Origin: a virus
Lineage: Duplodnaviria > Caudoviricetes
IMG/VR virus record: IMGVR_UViG_3300046778_000044
Location: 1 to 60,177 of that record
Length of the DNA: 60,177 bases
Strand: one strand, 5' to 3'
Shown here: in pieces, positions 18,742 through 28,900 of the stretch
How the letters are laid out: every line of letters begins with the position of its first letter
How positions within the stretch are numbered: the first letter of the stretch is position 1
Notes under the pieces: model-generated
Databases searched by the model: none
Told to the model about the DNA's origin: nothing
What the model saw: the letters and a program-made list of their open reading frames with translations, nothing else
Program-made: the position numbers and the translations under genes

Positions 18742-20523
18742 ATGAAGAAGGTTACACCTAATATCACAGACGTGCTAACAGCTAAATATATAGCTGCTTT
18801 AGCGCGTTTGCGTAAATTTAAACGTTACTGGGGTACAACCGTTGTTGATGGAGAAGAAGTATTTGTAAATAAAAAATATTTGTATCCAAATATGGATGAG
18901 TCCACTATTAAACTTGCCAAGTTTTTAAACATGTACAATAGTCTACAACAAGACTATCAAGGTGTAGATTCTGTTTGGCTTACACTTAACGTGGATAAAG
19001 CCGCAGACAGCACAGTTCACTGGAATAAAACTATTATAGCTAGTAACTTCGACTTGGCGCTTACTGCTCCCTTGTCTTGCTCTCTTATAATTGGTCCACG
19101 TTTGGGTAGAGACAACAAGTTAATACCCGCAGATATAACGACACCTGTCAGCAATCAGGCTGATTTGCTTACTGAAATTAAAACTAAGTATAAAACTTTG
19201 TGGGATGCAGGACACTCTTTTTTTTCAAGTGAAAGTGATCCATATTTAGCTATTCTTACTATGTATATCCTTAGATCTACCAGTATTCCGTATACTGTCT
19301 CGATTATTGAAGAAACTGTGGCTTCTGCTTATTTACCGTCATCTAAAAATATGGATGGTATTGTTGATACCGATCAAGTCAAAGCTTGGCGTATTAGGTT
19401 AGTAATACCTAATTTTACGTTTTTAGAAACTACTGATATTGTTAATTTTATAGCGACTGAATTAAGCGGTGATAAAACAATTACTGGTTTACTGATAAAA
19501 GAACGTATTAAAACTGCTTCACAAGACGGAACCGTTGAAGGGGCTACCGGTAATGTTTATGAAGGATTAGCTGTTGATATCAGTAATTTTTGGCTAGCTA
19601 AAACTACAGTGGTTGCAAGGGTTACTATAGTAACTTACTATTTAAAAACAAGTATTTTGGATACCCCATCTTTGAATCTTGAACAAAAATTTGCATATAT
19701 TGCTAGTACTCTTGACTCTGGATATCACAAGACACCTCTTAAATGGTATGAAAAACTTATTGTTATTATTATTATTATCGTTGCGGCGTACTTGGCAGGC
19801 CCAGCTGGCGGAGCCGCAGGTGCAGCAGTGGGCGGTGCCATGGGCGGAGCAATCGCTGCTGTTGTAGTAGTTGCTGTCACTATTACTGTTGCTGCTTTAT
19901 ACATTGCGTTAGCAGCGCTGGCTGCTAGTTATTTAGGAGCACAAAACGTAGCTAGCTCCTTAGGACAGTTCCTTAAGTCGGTTGGACCATTAGTCCAAGT
20001 TGCAAGTATAATCTCAGTCATTGCTTCTGTTTATAGTGTTATTAGGAAAGGAATTGAACAAGCTGCTCAAGAAGCTATTAGAGAAGGGGCACAGGCTAGT
20101 TTAGGCGATATCGCTAAAGGTATCGTAGTAAATTTTATGGATGCTGTAACTGGGTTAACTAAGCTCAGTAATATGACTATGGCGCATGTAGCTAAAATGC
20201 TAAGTTTTACATTTAATATTTATAAAGATATGCAAATGCGGGATATGCAACGAGAAATAAACAACTATAGACGTGAAATTGCCTCTATGGCTGAAGCTCA
20301 CGAAAAATCCCAAACATCTGATGTAGTAAAAGAACTTATGCACAGTTACCCTAATCCGTTAGCATCGGATTGGTCTTATTACTCAGAACTATATGATCGT
20401 CCGTATGAATGGTGGGCTACCCCTTACCATACTGGAAACATTCAAGCAACAACAGTTAACGCATTATGGTTAAATGAACCACAAAATGCTATACTGTATA
20501 ACAATTTTACAGGAGATTCGTAA
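18742..20523 (+). CDS. Protein with a long hydrophobic membrane-inserting region (N4 gp53 position)
   Basis: ~100-aa I/V/A/G-rich stretch beginning WYEKLIVIIIIIVAAY; synteny. Confidence 0.6.
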   Translation: MKKVTPNITDVLTAKYIAALARLRKFKRYWGTTVVDGEEVFVNKKYLYPNMDESTIKLAKFLNMYNSLQQDYQGVDSVWLTLNVDKAADSTVHWNKTIIASNFDLALTAPLSCSLIIGPRLGRDNKLIPADITTPVSNQADLLTEIKTKYKTLWDAGHSFFSSESDPYLAILTMYILRSTSIPYTVSIIEETVASAYLPSSKNMDGIVDTDQVKAWRIRLVIPNFTFLETTDIVNFIATELSGDKTITGLLIKERIKTASQDGTVEGATGNVYEGLAVDISNFWLAKTTVVARVTIVTYYLKTSILDTPSLNLEQKFAYIASTLDSGYHKTPLKWYEKLIVIIIIIVAAYLAGPAGGAAGAAVGGAMGGAIAAVVVVAVTITVAALYIALAALAASYLGAQNVASSLGQFLKSVGPLVQVASIISVIASVYSVIRKGIEQAAQEAIREGAQASLGDIAKGIVVNFMDAVTGLTKLSNMTMAHVAKMLSFTFNIYKDMQMRDMQREINNYRREIASMAEAHEKSQTSDVVKELMHSYPNPLASDWSYYSELYDRPYEWWATPYHTGNIQATTVNALWLNEPQNAILYNNFTGDS

Positions 20524-20924
20524 TGGCAGATAATTACTATGGTACAGATTTATCAAAACGACTAGCACAAGAGTCAAATGGTGGTTTGGCTGCATCATAC
20601 TATACCCCCTCATCTTATGGTTATAACACTCCAACTGATGTTAATATACAAATTCCCGGATTTAACTCTAATACAGGTGCGGGTACTGGTGTTGGCACTG
20701 GTATGGGTACCGGTACAGGTGGAGGTGGAGGCAGTGCTCCTTCGTGGCTAACTAATGCTCAAGCATTTGGTACATTAGGTTTAGGACTTGCTTCTTTCTT
20801 AGATAATAAGAAAACAGCTAGCTTACAACGTGATGCTTTACGTCAAAATTTACAATTATCTCGTGAAAACCAAGCTAATCTTAAAGCTTTAGGTGCTTCA
20901 TGGAATAAAGGCTGGAGTCAATAA
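20523..20924 (+). CDS. Small ejection protein (N4 gp52-like)
   Basis: Cys-free, Gly-rich linker, hydrophobic helix GTLGLGLASFL, then Q/N-rich helix; synteny. Confidence 0.6.
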   Translation: MADNYYGTDLSKRLAQESNGGLAASYYTPSSYGYNTPTDVNIQIPGFNSNTGAGTGVGTGMGTGTGGGGGSAPSWLTNAQAFGTLGLGLASFLDNKKTASLQRDALRQNLQLSRENQANLKALGASWNKGWSQ

Positions 20925-20925
20925 T

Positions 20926-22836
20926 ATGGCAGCAAGATTCTTACCTACTGGTGGTGTAGTAAATCCGTATAGTGATTTACAGAATGCTGTTGCCGGTGTA
21001 GGTCAACTTTACCAAAACTACGATGAAAATAAACGTAGAGAGGTACTTTTTAAAGATCAACAAGACGAACGTGATCGTGTTAAAAGTATGCGTGACTTTT
21101 CTACAAATTATGATTCTCGTGTTGGTGACGACTATCGCGGTATTTCTACAAATATGCGTCCTCTTGTTGAACAACAGGAAGCTCAAGCTCGTCAAAATTT
21201 TGTAACAACAAACCCTAATGCTACTGCTGAACAAGTAAGTGCTTTTGATACCCAATTAAAAAATGTTCGTCGTTCACTGGCTAGTGCTGAAGATGTGGCA
21301 TCATCTGTAGCTCAGGATTACCGCAAAGCTGGATTCTCTGCAGCTGATGCAGATACCTATGGTCGTTTAGAGGCTGCTAACTACGGTGCTCGTGGGGCTG
21401 CTATAGCTCAAGCACAAGCTGAAGCTGATGCGCGCAATAAAGCTGCTGAAGGAATGTCTGGTCGTCTGTTAGATTTGTATAAGGTACAATCTGCAGCTGA
21501 TAATGCTGAAATTCGTGGTTTACTCAACGGCAGTAACGCAAGCGGTGGTAGTGGTTCTAAAGGTTCAGGTAACGGTTCTGCTACTGGTTCTGGTTCCTTT
21601 TCGAATCCAGTTAAACTTAAAGCACTTCAAGATTACCTTAAAGGCGAATTAGACGGTATTGGTAGTGGTGACGCTAAGAATGCAGTAACTCGTTTTGAAC
21701 AAGGTATGAACTTGTACAATGAACGTGCAAGAGCAAATGGTGGTGCACAACTATCCTTTGAACAAGGCCAAGATGTATTGCTGTCTAATATTAGTCGTAA
21801 CAACTGGGATAACCAAGCTTTGTTTAAAGATGGTCCAGAGTTTGCTGCTTTACTGGAAAGCCAGTTTGGTGCCCCTGCAGCTAAAGCCTCAGACGGTAAA
21901 ACAGGTGGTGGTTCAGGCAATGGTGCTTTAGATCGTGCTGCTATTATTGCGGGTGCTCAAACACAACTATCTCCAGCTGAACGTGCAGCTATACTTAGTC
22001 CTGAGCGTGTTATAGTAAACCCTGAACAAGTAGTTCGTTCTCAAGTAGCTGGTGCTTATGCGAGACTGTTTCCACAAGCAGCTCAAGATAATCGTGCTTT
22101 ATTAGAGAATGATGCTAAACCTGCGCCGGCTAGTGGTGTTGTTCGTCGTTCTGTCCCTGCAGCCGAAGGTAATACTTCTGTTACTAGACCTGCAGGAACT
22201 CCTAATGGTCGATATGTTCCTCCTGTTGTAGCTCCGCTTCAAGGTGACGCTACCCGTGGAGCTGGTTACCAACCATTACCTAATGTGGCCCCCGCAGGTG
22301 TTCAATCAGACGCTGGTACTCCAACAAATACTCGACCTATTACTCCAGCTCGTGAATTAGCAGAACAAATTGCTGCTTATGAACGTAACGGTACTGACAG
22401 TAGTGTAGATTTACCTCGTACACTACAAACATTACAAGCACGTAATCCTGAGATGTACCAAGCGGTTATGCGTGAACGTAATGATATTAGTAAAGATAAT
22501 CTTCAATATGATAAAATGACTAAAGAAATTGCTACACTAGAAGGCCTTTCAGAAGCTGCGCGTAAACGTTTAGCTGCTGTAGACCCTAACACTTTATCTA
22601 CAGATCGTCAGGTGGCAGATAACCGTGCTATGTTTGATTTATCTGGTGCTAGTCGTTTTGGTGGAGTTTCTACTCCTGTTGAATCAGATAGTCCTTATCA
22701 ACAGTACTTAAATCAGCAAAATCAATTAGATAATTGGGATCAACAAATACAACAATTACGTAGTCGTAAACAAGAAATAGAAACTACTAATCAACCTAAA
22801 GATTTTAGTCGTTTAAAGTCTATCCTTAATCGATAA
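20926..22836 (+). CDS. Ejection / internal virion protein (N4 gp51-like)
   Basis: ATG at 20926 after GGAG; Cys-free, A/Q/G-rich; directly before the virion RNAP. Confidence 0.6.
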   Translation: MAARFLPTGGVVNPYSDLQNAVAGVGQLYQNYDENKRREVLFKDQQDERDRVKSMRDFSTNYDSRVGDDYRGISTNMRPLVEQQEAQARQNFVTTNPNATAEQVSAFDTQLKNVRRSLASAEDVASSVAQDYRKAGFSAADADTYGRLEAANYGARGAAIAQAQAEADARNKAAEGMSGRLLDLYKVQSAADNAEIRGLLNGSNASGGSGSKGSGNGSATGSGSFSNPVKLKALQDYLKGELDGIGSGDAKNAVTRFEQGMNLYNERARANGGAQLSFEQGQDVLLSNISRNNWDNQALFKDGPEFAALLESQFGAPAAKASDGKTGGGSGNGALDRAAIIAGAQTQLSPAERAAILSPERVIVNPEQVVRSQVAGAYARLFPQAAQDNRALLENDAKPAPASGVVRRSVPAAEGNTSVTRPAGTPNGRYVPPVVAPLQGDATRGAGYQPLPNVAPAGVQSDAGTPTNTRPITPARELAEQIAAYERNGTDSSVDLPRTLQTLQARNPEMYQAVMRERNDISKDNLQYDKMTKEIATLEGLSEAARKRLAAVDPNTLSTDRQVADNRAMFDLSGASRFGGVSTPVESDSPYQQYLNQQNQLDNWDQQIQQLRSRKQEIETTNQPKDFSRLKSILNR

Positions 22837-22851
22837 TAAACGTACAACTAC

Positions 22852-22880
22852 TTGCCTCTTTCAGCTCCTAGCAGTACAAT
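22852..22880 (+). promoter_or_regulatory. Sigma70-like promoter for the virion RNAP genes
   Basis: TTGCCT-17 bp-TACAAT. Confidence 0.65.
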
Positions 22881-22896
22881 TGCTCGGAGCTTTTTT
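22863..22896 (+). terminator. Intrinsic terminator overlapping that promoter
   Basis: agctcc-t-agca / tgct-c-ggagct stem followed by a T-tract. Confidence 0.75.
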
Positions 22897-22919
22897 ATTT
22901 ATACAACAAAGGTAATGTT

Positions 22920-25900
22920 ATGGCTGAATATGATGTTTTTGAGAACGTATCCCCTGAAGTCCCTGCTGCGTCTGCTCCAGTAACTCCAGCTATAGCATCC
23001 TCTCCTGCTCGTACTGATAACTTAGCTCAAGCTCGTACGTCTAAGATTGACCGTTTAGCCAATCGTGTAGGTTTAGGTCCACAAGATCGTACAGATGGCT
23101 TTGCTGCTGTTGGTGGATATAATGAAAGTCTACGTAACAAAGTTTTAAATGATTACAGTCAATATGAGTTAGACTATGTTGGTCAACGTCTTAATAACCA
23201 ATATGGTGTTATAGAAACGTCTCAAGGTCTTATGCACCAAAATGAAGACGGTACAATGGTTCCTTATGAAGGCGATCCTAAAGGTCTTATGTCCTATTAT
23301 GAATTTGGGACTAAAAATGGAAATATTAAACGTGGTACTTGGGGTGGTAGAAACCCAGCAGACCGTTATGCTAATGACTATCTTTCTAGTCGTAAAACTC
23401 CTGACTATGTAGGTGAAGAAGGCGTAGACGTAAATCAACTTAAACGTCACTATTTACTACCTGCTGATGTTGCTCGCACGTACGAAGCACTTCAGCACGG
23501 TAGTTCTAAAGCCATGGAAAATCGTATTATACGTGATCCAGTAAACGGTGATCGCAGTGCTTACTTTGCTGGCCGTGATCGTATTGGTTCTGGTGCTACA
23601 GAGGTATATCGCAATGTTCCTACGACAGCTCCAGAAAATTTCGATGGCGATACTTTATATAATACAGTTAATGATCGTTTTGCATTTGGTGCTGCTTCTA
23701 ATATTGGTACTGGTCGTGAAGCTATTGCAGACAGTTACCGTCAACAAGCCCAACTAACTAAACAAAATAGTTACGCTAAACCAGAAGAAGCTAAAGTAGG
23801 TACACAAAGTATTGCTGATAGCTATCGCCAACAAGCAGAAGGTTCTGTTACTACGCATGAAAGTCCCGGTGGTTTTATTAACCGGAGCGCTAATACAGGA
23901 GCCGCTGTTGGTGCTGGCTTAACACGCAGTCTTATTTTGGATTCAGCTGCAGCTGCCGCTTCTCTATTTGGTAAAGAACTAGGCACTGCTGATTCTCGTC
24001 GTGAAACTGCAAATAATTTATTTGGTTATGATGAAAGTTATTCACAAGAAGCTATGCAACGTGTATCAGATCGTGTTGGTCGTATGTACGACGCTAAAGA
24101 ATTAGATATGAATGATCTATTGGCTATTACAGGCGATGCTATTACCAATCCTGAGATTATTGGTGATTCTGTCGGTGTATTGATTGGTACTTTTGCTGGT
24201 TTAGGTAAATTTACTAAAATCGGTAAAGCTATTAGTAATGTTGAAAAAGCTTACCGTGGTGGTAGATATACTGCTACTGAAGCAAAAGCTGCTGTTAGCA
24301 ATATTAAGTCTACTGAATCTTTATGGAATAATGTTGCTCATTTAACTGCGTCTAATGCTGGTTATGCAGCTACAGTAGCCGGTACTACTAACAATGCCGT
24401 AGATCAATTCTTAGAAAATAATAATGGGGAAGCTACGGTGTTTGACGTGTTACGTATTGGCGCATTCCAAGCAGCTATCACTGGTATTGATCGCTTTGCT
24501 GGCGCAGTTGCATTACGTGATATTCCCGGTATCCGCAGTATTGGCATGTTCTCACCTGAATCTACTAAAGCTATGAAAGCAGTAGTTAGTCAAATGCCTG
24601 CAGATGTTTATTCAAAAACTGCTGACGCTGTAGCTAAAGTGTTGTCTGGTACTGCTAAACTTGGCGCTTCATCTTCGTTAGAAGGCGTAACTGAGTATGT
24701 GCAAACTATGGGTGACTTATTCAGTCAGCAATATGCTACTGAAAAATATGGAGATGAGTTCGGTCAATTATTTGGAGATCGTGCAAACCAAATTGAATCC
24801 TTAGCCAGTGCGGCTATTGGTTCTACTATGGGTGCTGAGATGCACGTAGCTAACCAAGGCGTTGGCTCACTTACGTCTGCTCTGCAATCAGGTGTTCAAG
24901 CAGCTAAACAAGCAGTCACTAATAAAGCTAGTGCAGCTCCTGCTCAACCAACAGCACCTCAACTTTCTGAAGAAGAAATTGCGGATCAAGATACAGACCG
25001 TAAGTCTTATAGCACTACGTTAAATCGTTTAACTAAGAACTATGTAGCTGATAAAATTAATCCTAGCAGCTTAACTGGCGCTTTGTCGGATTTGGCAGAA
25101 CTTGACCGTACTCGTTATGCTGTAGAAGGTAAAGCGGATGAAACTGAATTAGCTACAGCTGATGAAGTTCTTGAACAAATTAAATCTCATATTGCCACTT
25201 TAGTGACTTCTAGTCCTGATGGTAATTTTACACTGTCTCATGATTCCGTAGAAGGTAGTTCAGAATTACCACGTCAACAAGTAGGTGCTAATGCTCAGTC
25301 TTTTACTAACGTGAATGCACAAGCCGCTAGAGACCAAGCAGATCTTTTAGACCTTACTGGTTCTATTGAAGAAGAATTTGCTAAAGGTAAGACAGCTAAG
25401 CAAGTACAAATGACTTTAGAAAACGCTATGGCTTCTATTCCTTTGGAAGATCGTGCTGACTTTATTGTAAGTGTACGTGCAACATTAGGTATTCCTTCAC
25501 AAGCTGATGAAGAAGGCAAAAAAGAATTTACTGCTTGGAAAGCTGCTCGTGACAATCGTGCCACAGCAAGTACCTTAAATAGTCGTCCTCTAACTGAAAA
25601 AGAACAACGCGCTCTTGCAGAAAGCGCTATTAATATTGTCGCAGAGCGTCGTGCTGCAGATATTACACCAGACGAAATTACTAAACTTAATAACTTTGGT
25701 ACTGCAAATGGCTTAGATGCTGACCGTATTGACCGTATTATTAAGTCACATTCTTCTGTTGAAAGTGAAGCTACAGTTGAAGAACGTGGTGTCATGGGTC
25801 GTGAACGTAATTTAGATACTTTGTTAAATGCTGAAAAACCTAATTCTAAGCGTGTACAAGCTGCTTATGATGAAGCTTCACAATGGTTGAGTAAGACATT

Positions 25901-28900
25901 AGGATCTATTCAAGAATTAGAAGATGGTGTTCGTAAAGCTGAAGAAATGGCTGACTCATCTAGTAGATCTACTTTAAATTCTACTAAACCTATTACAGTC
26001 TTAACAGACTATATTAAATTTGGCGGTAAACCATTTGATATACAACTACGTCACAATGGTACTAAATATGTAGCTGACACACGTATTGCATTACAACGTA
26101 TTGCAGATAAGCAACGTACTGCCTCTAATCTTCGTACCTTATTAGAAAAATTTCACAATGAGGCTGCTGATGTTTTAGACTCAGCTTCTACTCTTGATGC
26201 CGGTAGCTATCGTATACCTACAGAAGTTAAAGGTTCTTCTGAAGAAATTAAATATGTTAAATCTGTAGAAAAAGTATTAGCTACTATCCCTAAAGCGGGT
26301 AAAAAGATTAATCGTATTATCGTAGGCGGTAAGCCTGATCCACGTTGGAATCCACGTAGTCGAGCTACTGCCATGAACAGTTTACGTACTAACGTAGCAA
26401 GTAAAGGCGATTCTTATGCGTCCACAGACGTTGTATACGTACACGCCGCAGGTAAAATATCTGCTAAGAACTCTGCTGCGAAATCAGAATTATACAAAGA
26501 GTCTTCACCCGCAGGTAAAAACATTGCCGCTGCTATCGAAGCTGGTGCAACTATTGTATTAGATAGTGATTATCAAGCTGGTACAACAGAAGGCGCATTA
26601 GTAGCACGCTATTTAAAAGATAACGGTTATTTACCTTTAGGTGTAGTTAACGGTAAAAATACTGTTGAAGCGAGTATTTTTGTACCCGATACTGAAGAGA
26701 GTGCTCGTCGTTTAGCAACTGCTAAAGAACAAGCTTCTACCACTAAGGCTATGGCAGACGCTAAAGAAGCTAGACAGAAACGTCTTGCTGACTTAGCTTT
26801 AGAGAAAGCTGCAGGCGTGTCTGAACGTGCTCCAGAGGCGATAGAATCTGATATAGATGCAGCTATAAAATCTGTTCGTGATGATTTTCTGCCTACTGCT
26901 CGTCGTCAACTAGTAGAGTCAGGAGAAGATGTGACTGATGAGGCTGTAGAAGCTAAGTTAGCTACCAATGTTCAATCTTATATGAAAAACAGTGTTGCTA
27001 AAGCTGTACGTGCATTCCGTGCATCTGTAGAACAAACTAATGTTCCTGTTGATAGTCCTTTAGTTCAAGCGGATAAAGGTTTACAAGCTTTAGTTCAAGC
27101 AGAGATTACCCAAGGCGTTAAAGTTCAATCTGACGCTAAAGTGTTAATGACAGCTTGGAAAAAAGCTAGTGCTTTACGTTTACAAGGTAAAGAGTTAATT
27201 GACGCTTTAAATACTGCTTTAGAAGTTAACGGTAAACACGTCGCTACTAAACGTAAAGACGATAATACTATCGTATTACGTGAAGTAGGAGATAGTATTC
27301 TTGGCGATTCTGCGGGTTCTACTAATACAATTAAAAGTTATGCAGTTGAGTACCAAGTTATCAATCCTAACGGTTCTGTAACTACTGTGACTGAACACCC
27401 AAAATTTAATCCAGCTAACTACCCAGTTGGGAAAGAAGAAGTTCGTGAAGTTAAACGTACTTATATTAATAATAAAGCAGATGCTGATGCATTACGTCTT
27501 ACTCGTGAACTTGAAGAGTTACAAAATTCTACGAATCCTGATGAAGAATTGATAACCGAAATAAAAAGACAATTAAATATCGCTAAAAATGTATTTTTAT
27601 TTAAAGTTCTTAATATCAATGAGATTACTCATAATCCTACTGATTACTTATCTGTAACTGGTATTACACCACTTAATACTTTGAGTGTAGATAAATTACC
27701 TCCTGTATTTAAGAAAGTTGCTGACAATATGGAAGCAGCTTTAAAAGAAGTTATGTCTCCTTTGGACAAAAGTGAAGTAGGTATTAAGGCTGGTAAACGT
27801 CCGAAAGAAACTGAAGACTACGTACGCCAAATGATTGATTCGCCTGCTCGTTCTTTAATTTTTGATAAAGACGGTAACATTAATAGTAATACCTCTGCTG
27901 CTATGGCAATTGCTCTTGGTGACTTGATTAAAACTGATAGTTTTAAACTTACTTTAGGTAAGAAAGATGTTACTACTTTAGCAAACATGTTCCGTGTTAC
28001 TGAAACTGAAGTTACTTCTGAAATGCGTCAAATGGCAGAAGAACACGGTACTTTGGCTAAGTCTGTTGCACATAACTTAGGTACATCTACTCTTAAAGCT
28101 TTAGGTATCACTAAGTTAAAAGCTGATAACGTGAACCGTGGTCAATATGAGCGTATGGTTAGCGATCTAGGTAACTATGTGATCGCTGGTGCTGAGAAAC
28201 AAGGTATTCTAAAAACTACTGAAGAAAAATCAGATACTCTATCTGAAGTTTTCCGGGACGCCGATACTCTTGGTACCGATGCAACTACTTTGTTTGTTCA
28301 TATACCATCTAAAAAAGCTAACGCAAATGGAGCAATGAGTACTTCTTTTAATAAGGCTACTACTGCTTTATCTAGTGACTATGACTTGATTAGTCGATTC
28401 ATTCCTGATGCTACAGGTAACCGTAAAGAACCACGTTTTGGTAGTCCAATTCCTCAGGCTGAACAAGAGGATATCTTGTCGTCTATTCGTAATGACGCTG
28501 TGGGTGGTAATATACCTGCAGAAGCAAAAGAGACTTTACGTCACTTTATGAATACTCCATACGAAATGGATTTAGAGAACGTAGGCAAGTTTTTATCTGA
28601 GTTGGAGGATACTACTACTCAAGCGGCAGTTTTGAAATCTTTAGGTTATATTGAAGCCTCTGAAAACAATCCAGAATACGTAAAATTGCCTTTTGTTACT
28701 AAAGAGATTCAAGAAGCGATCAACCGCGATGTTGAAAACTCTATTGCTAACGTCCGTCAGTACTATGAAGCGATCCAAAATGGATTGCCAAATGAGATGT
28801 ACTTTCCGTTCTACTACACCAGTAACCATCGTTATATGATGAATTCCAATACGTTAAACGGTCAAGCTGATAAACTGCATCGTTTCTTCATATATCCTAA

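Noticed and set aside
27465-27605. vRNAP duplicated module as a mini-intein
   Set aside because: No N-terminal Cys/Ser or C-terminal His-Asn splice motifs, and it is too short
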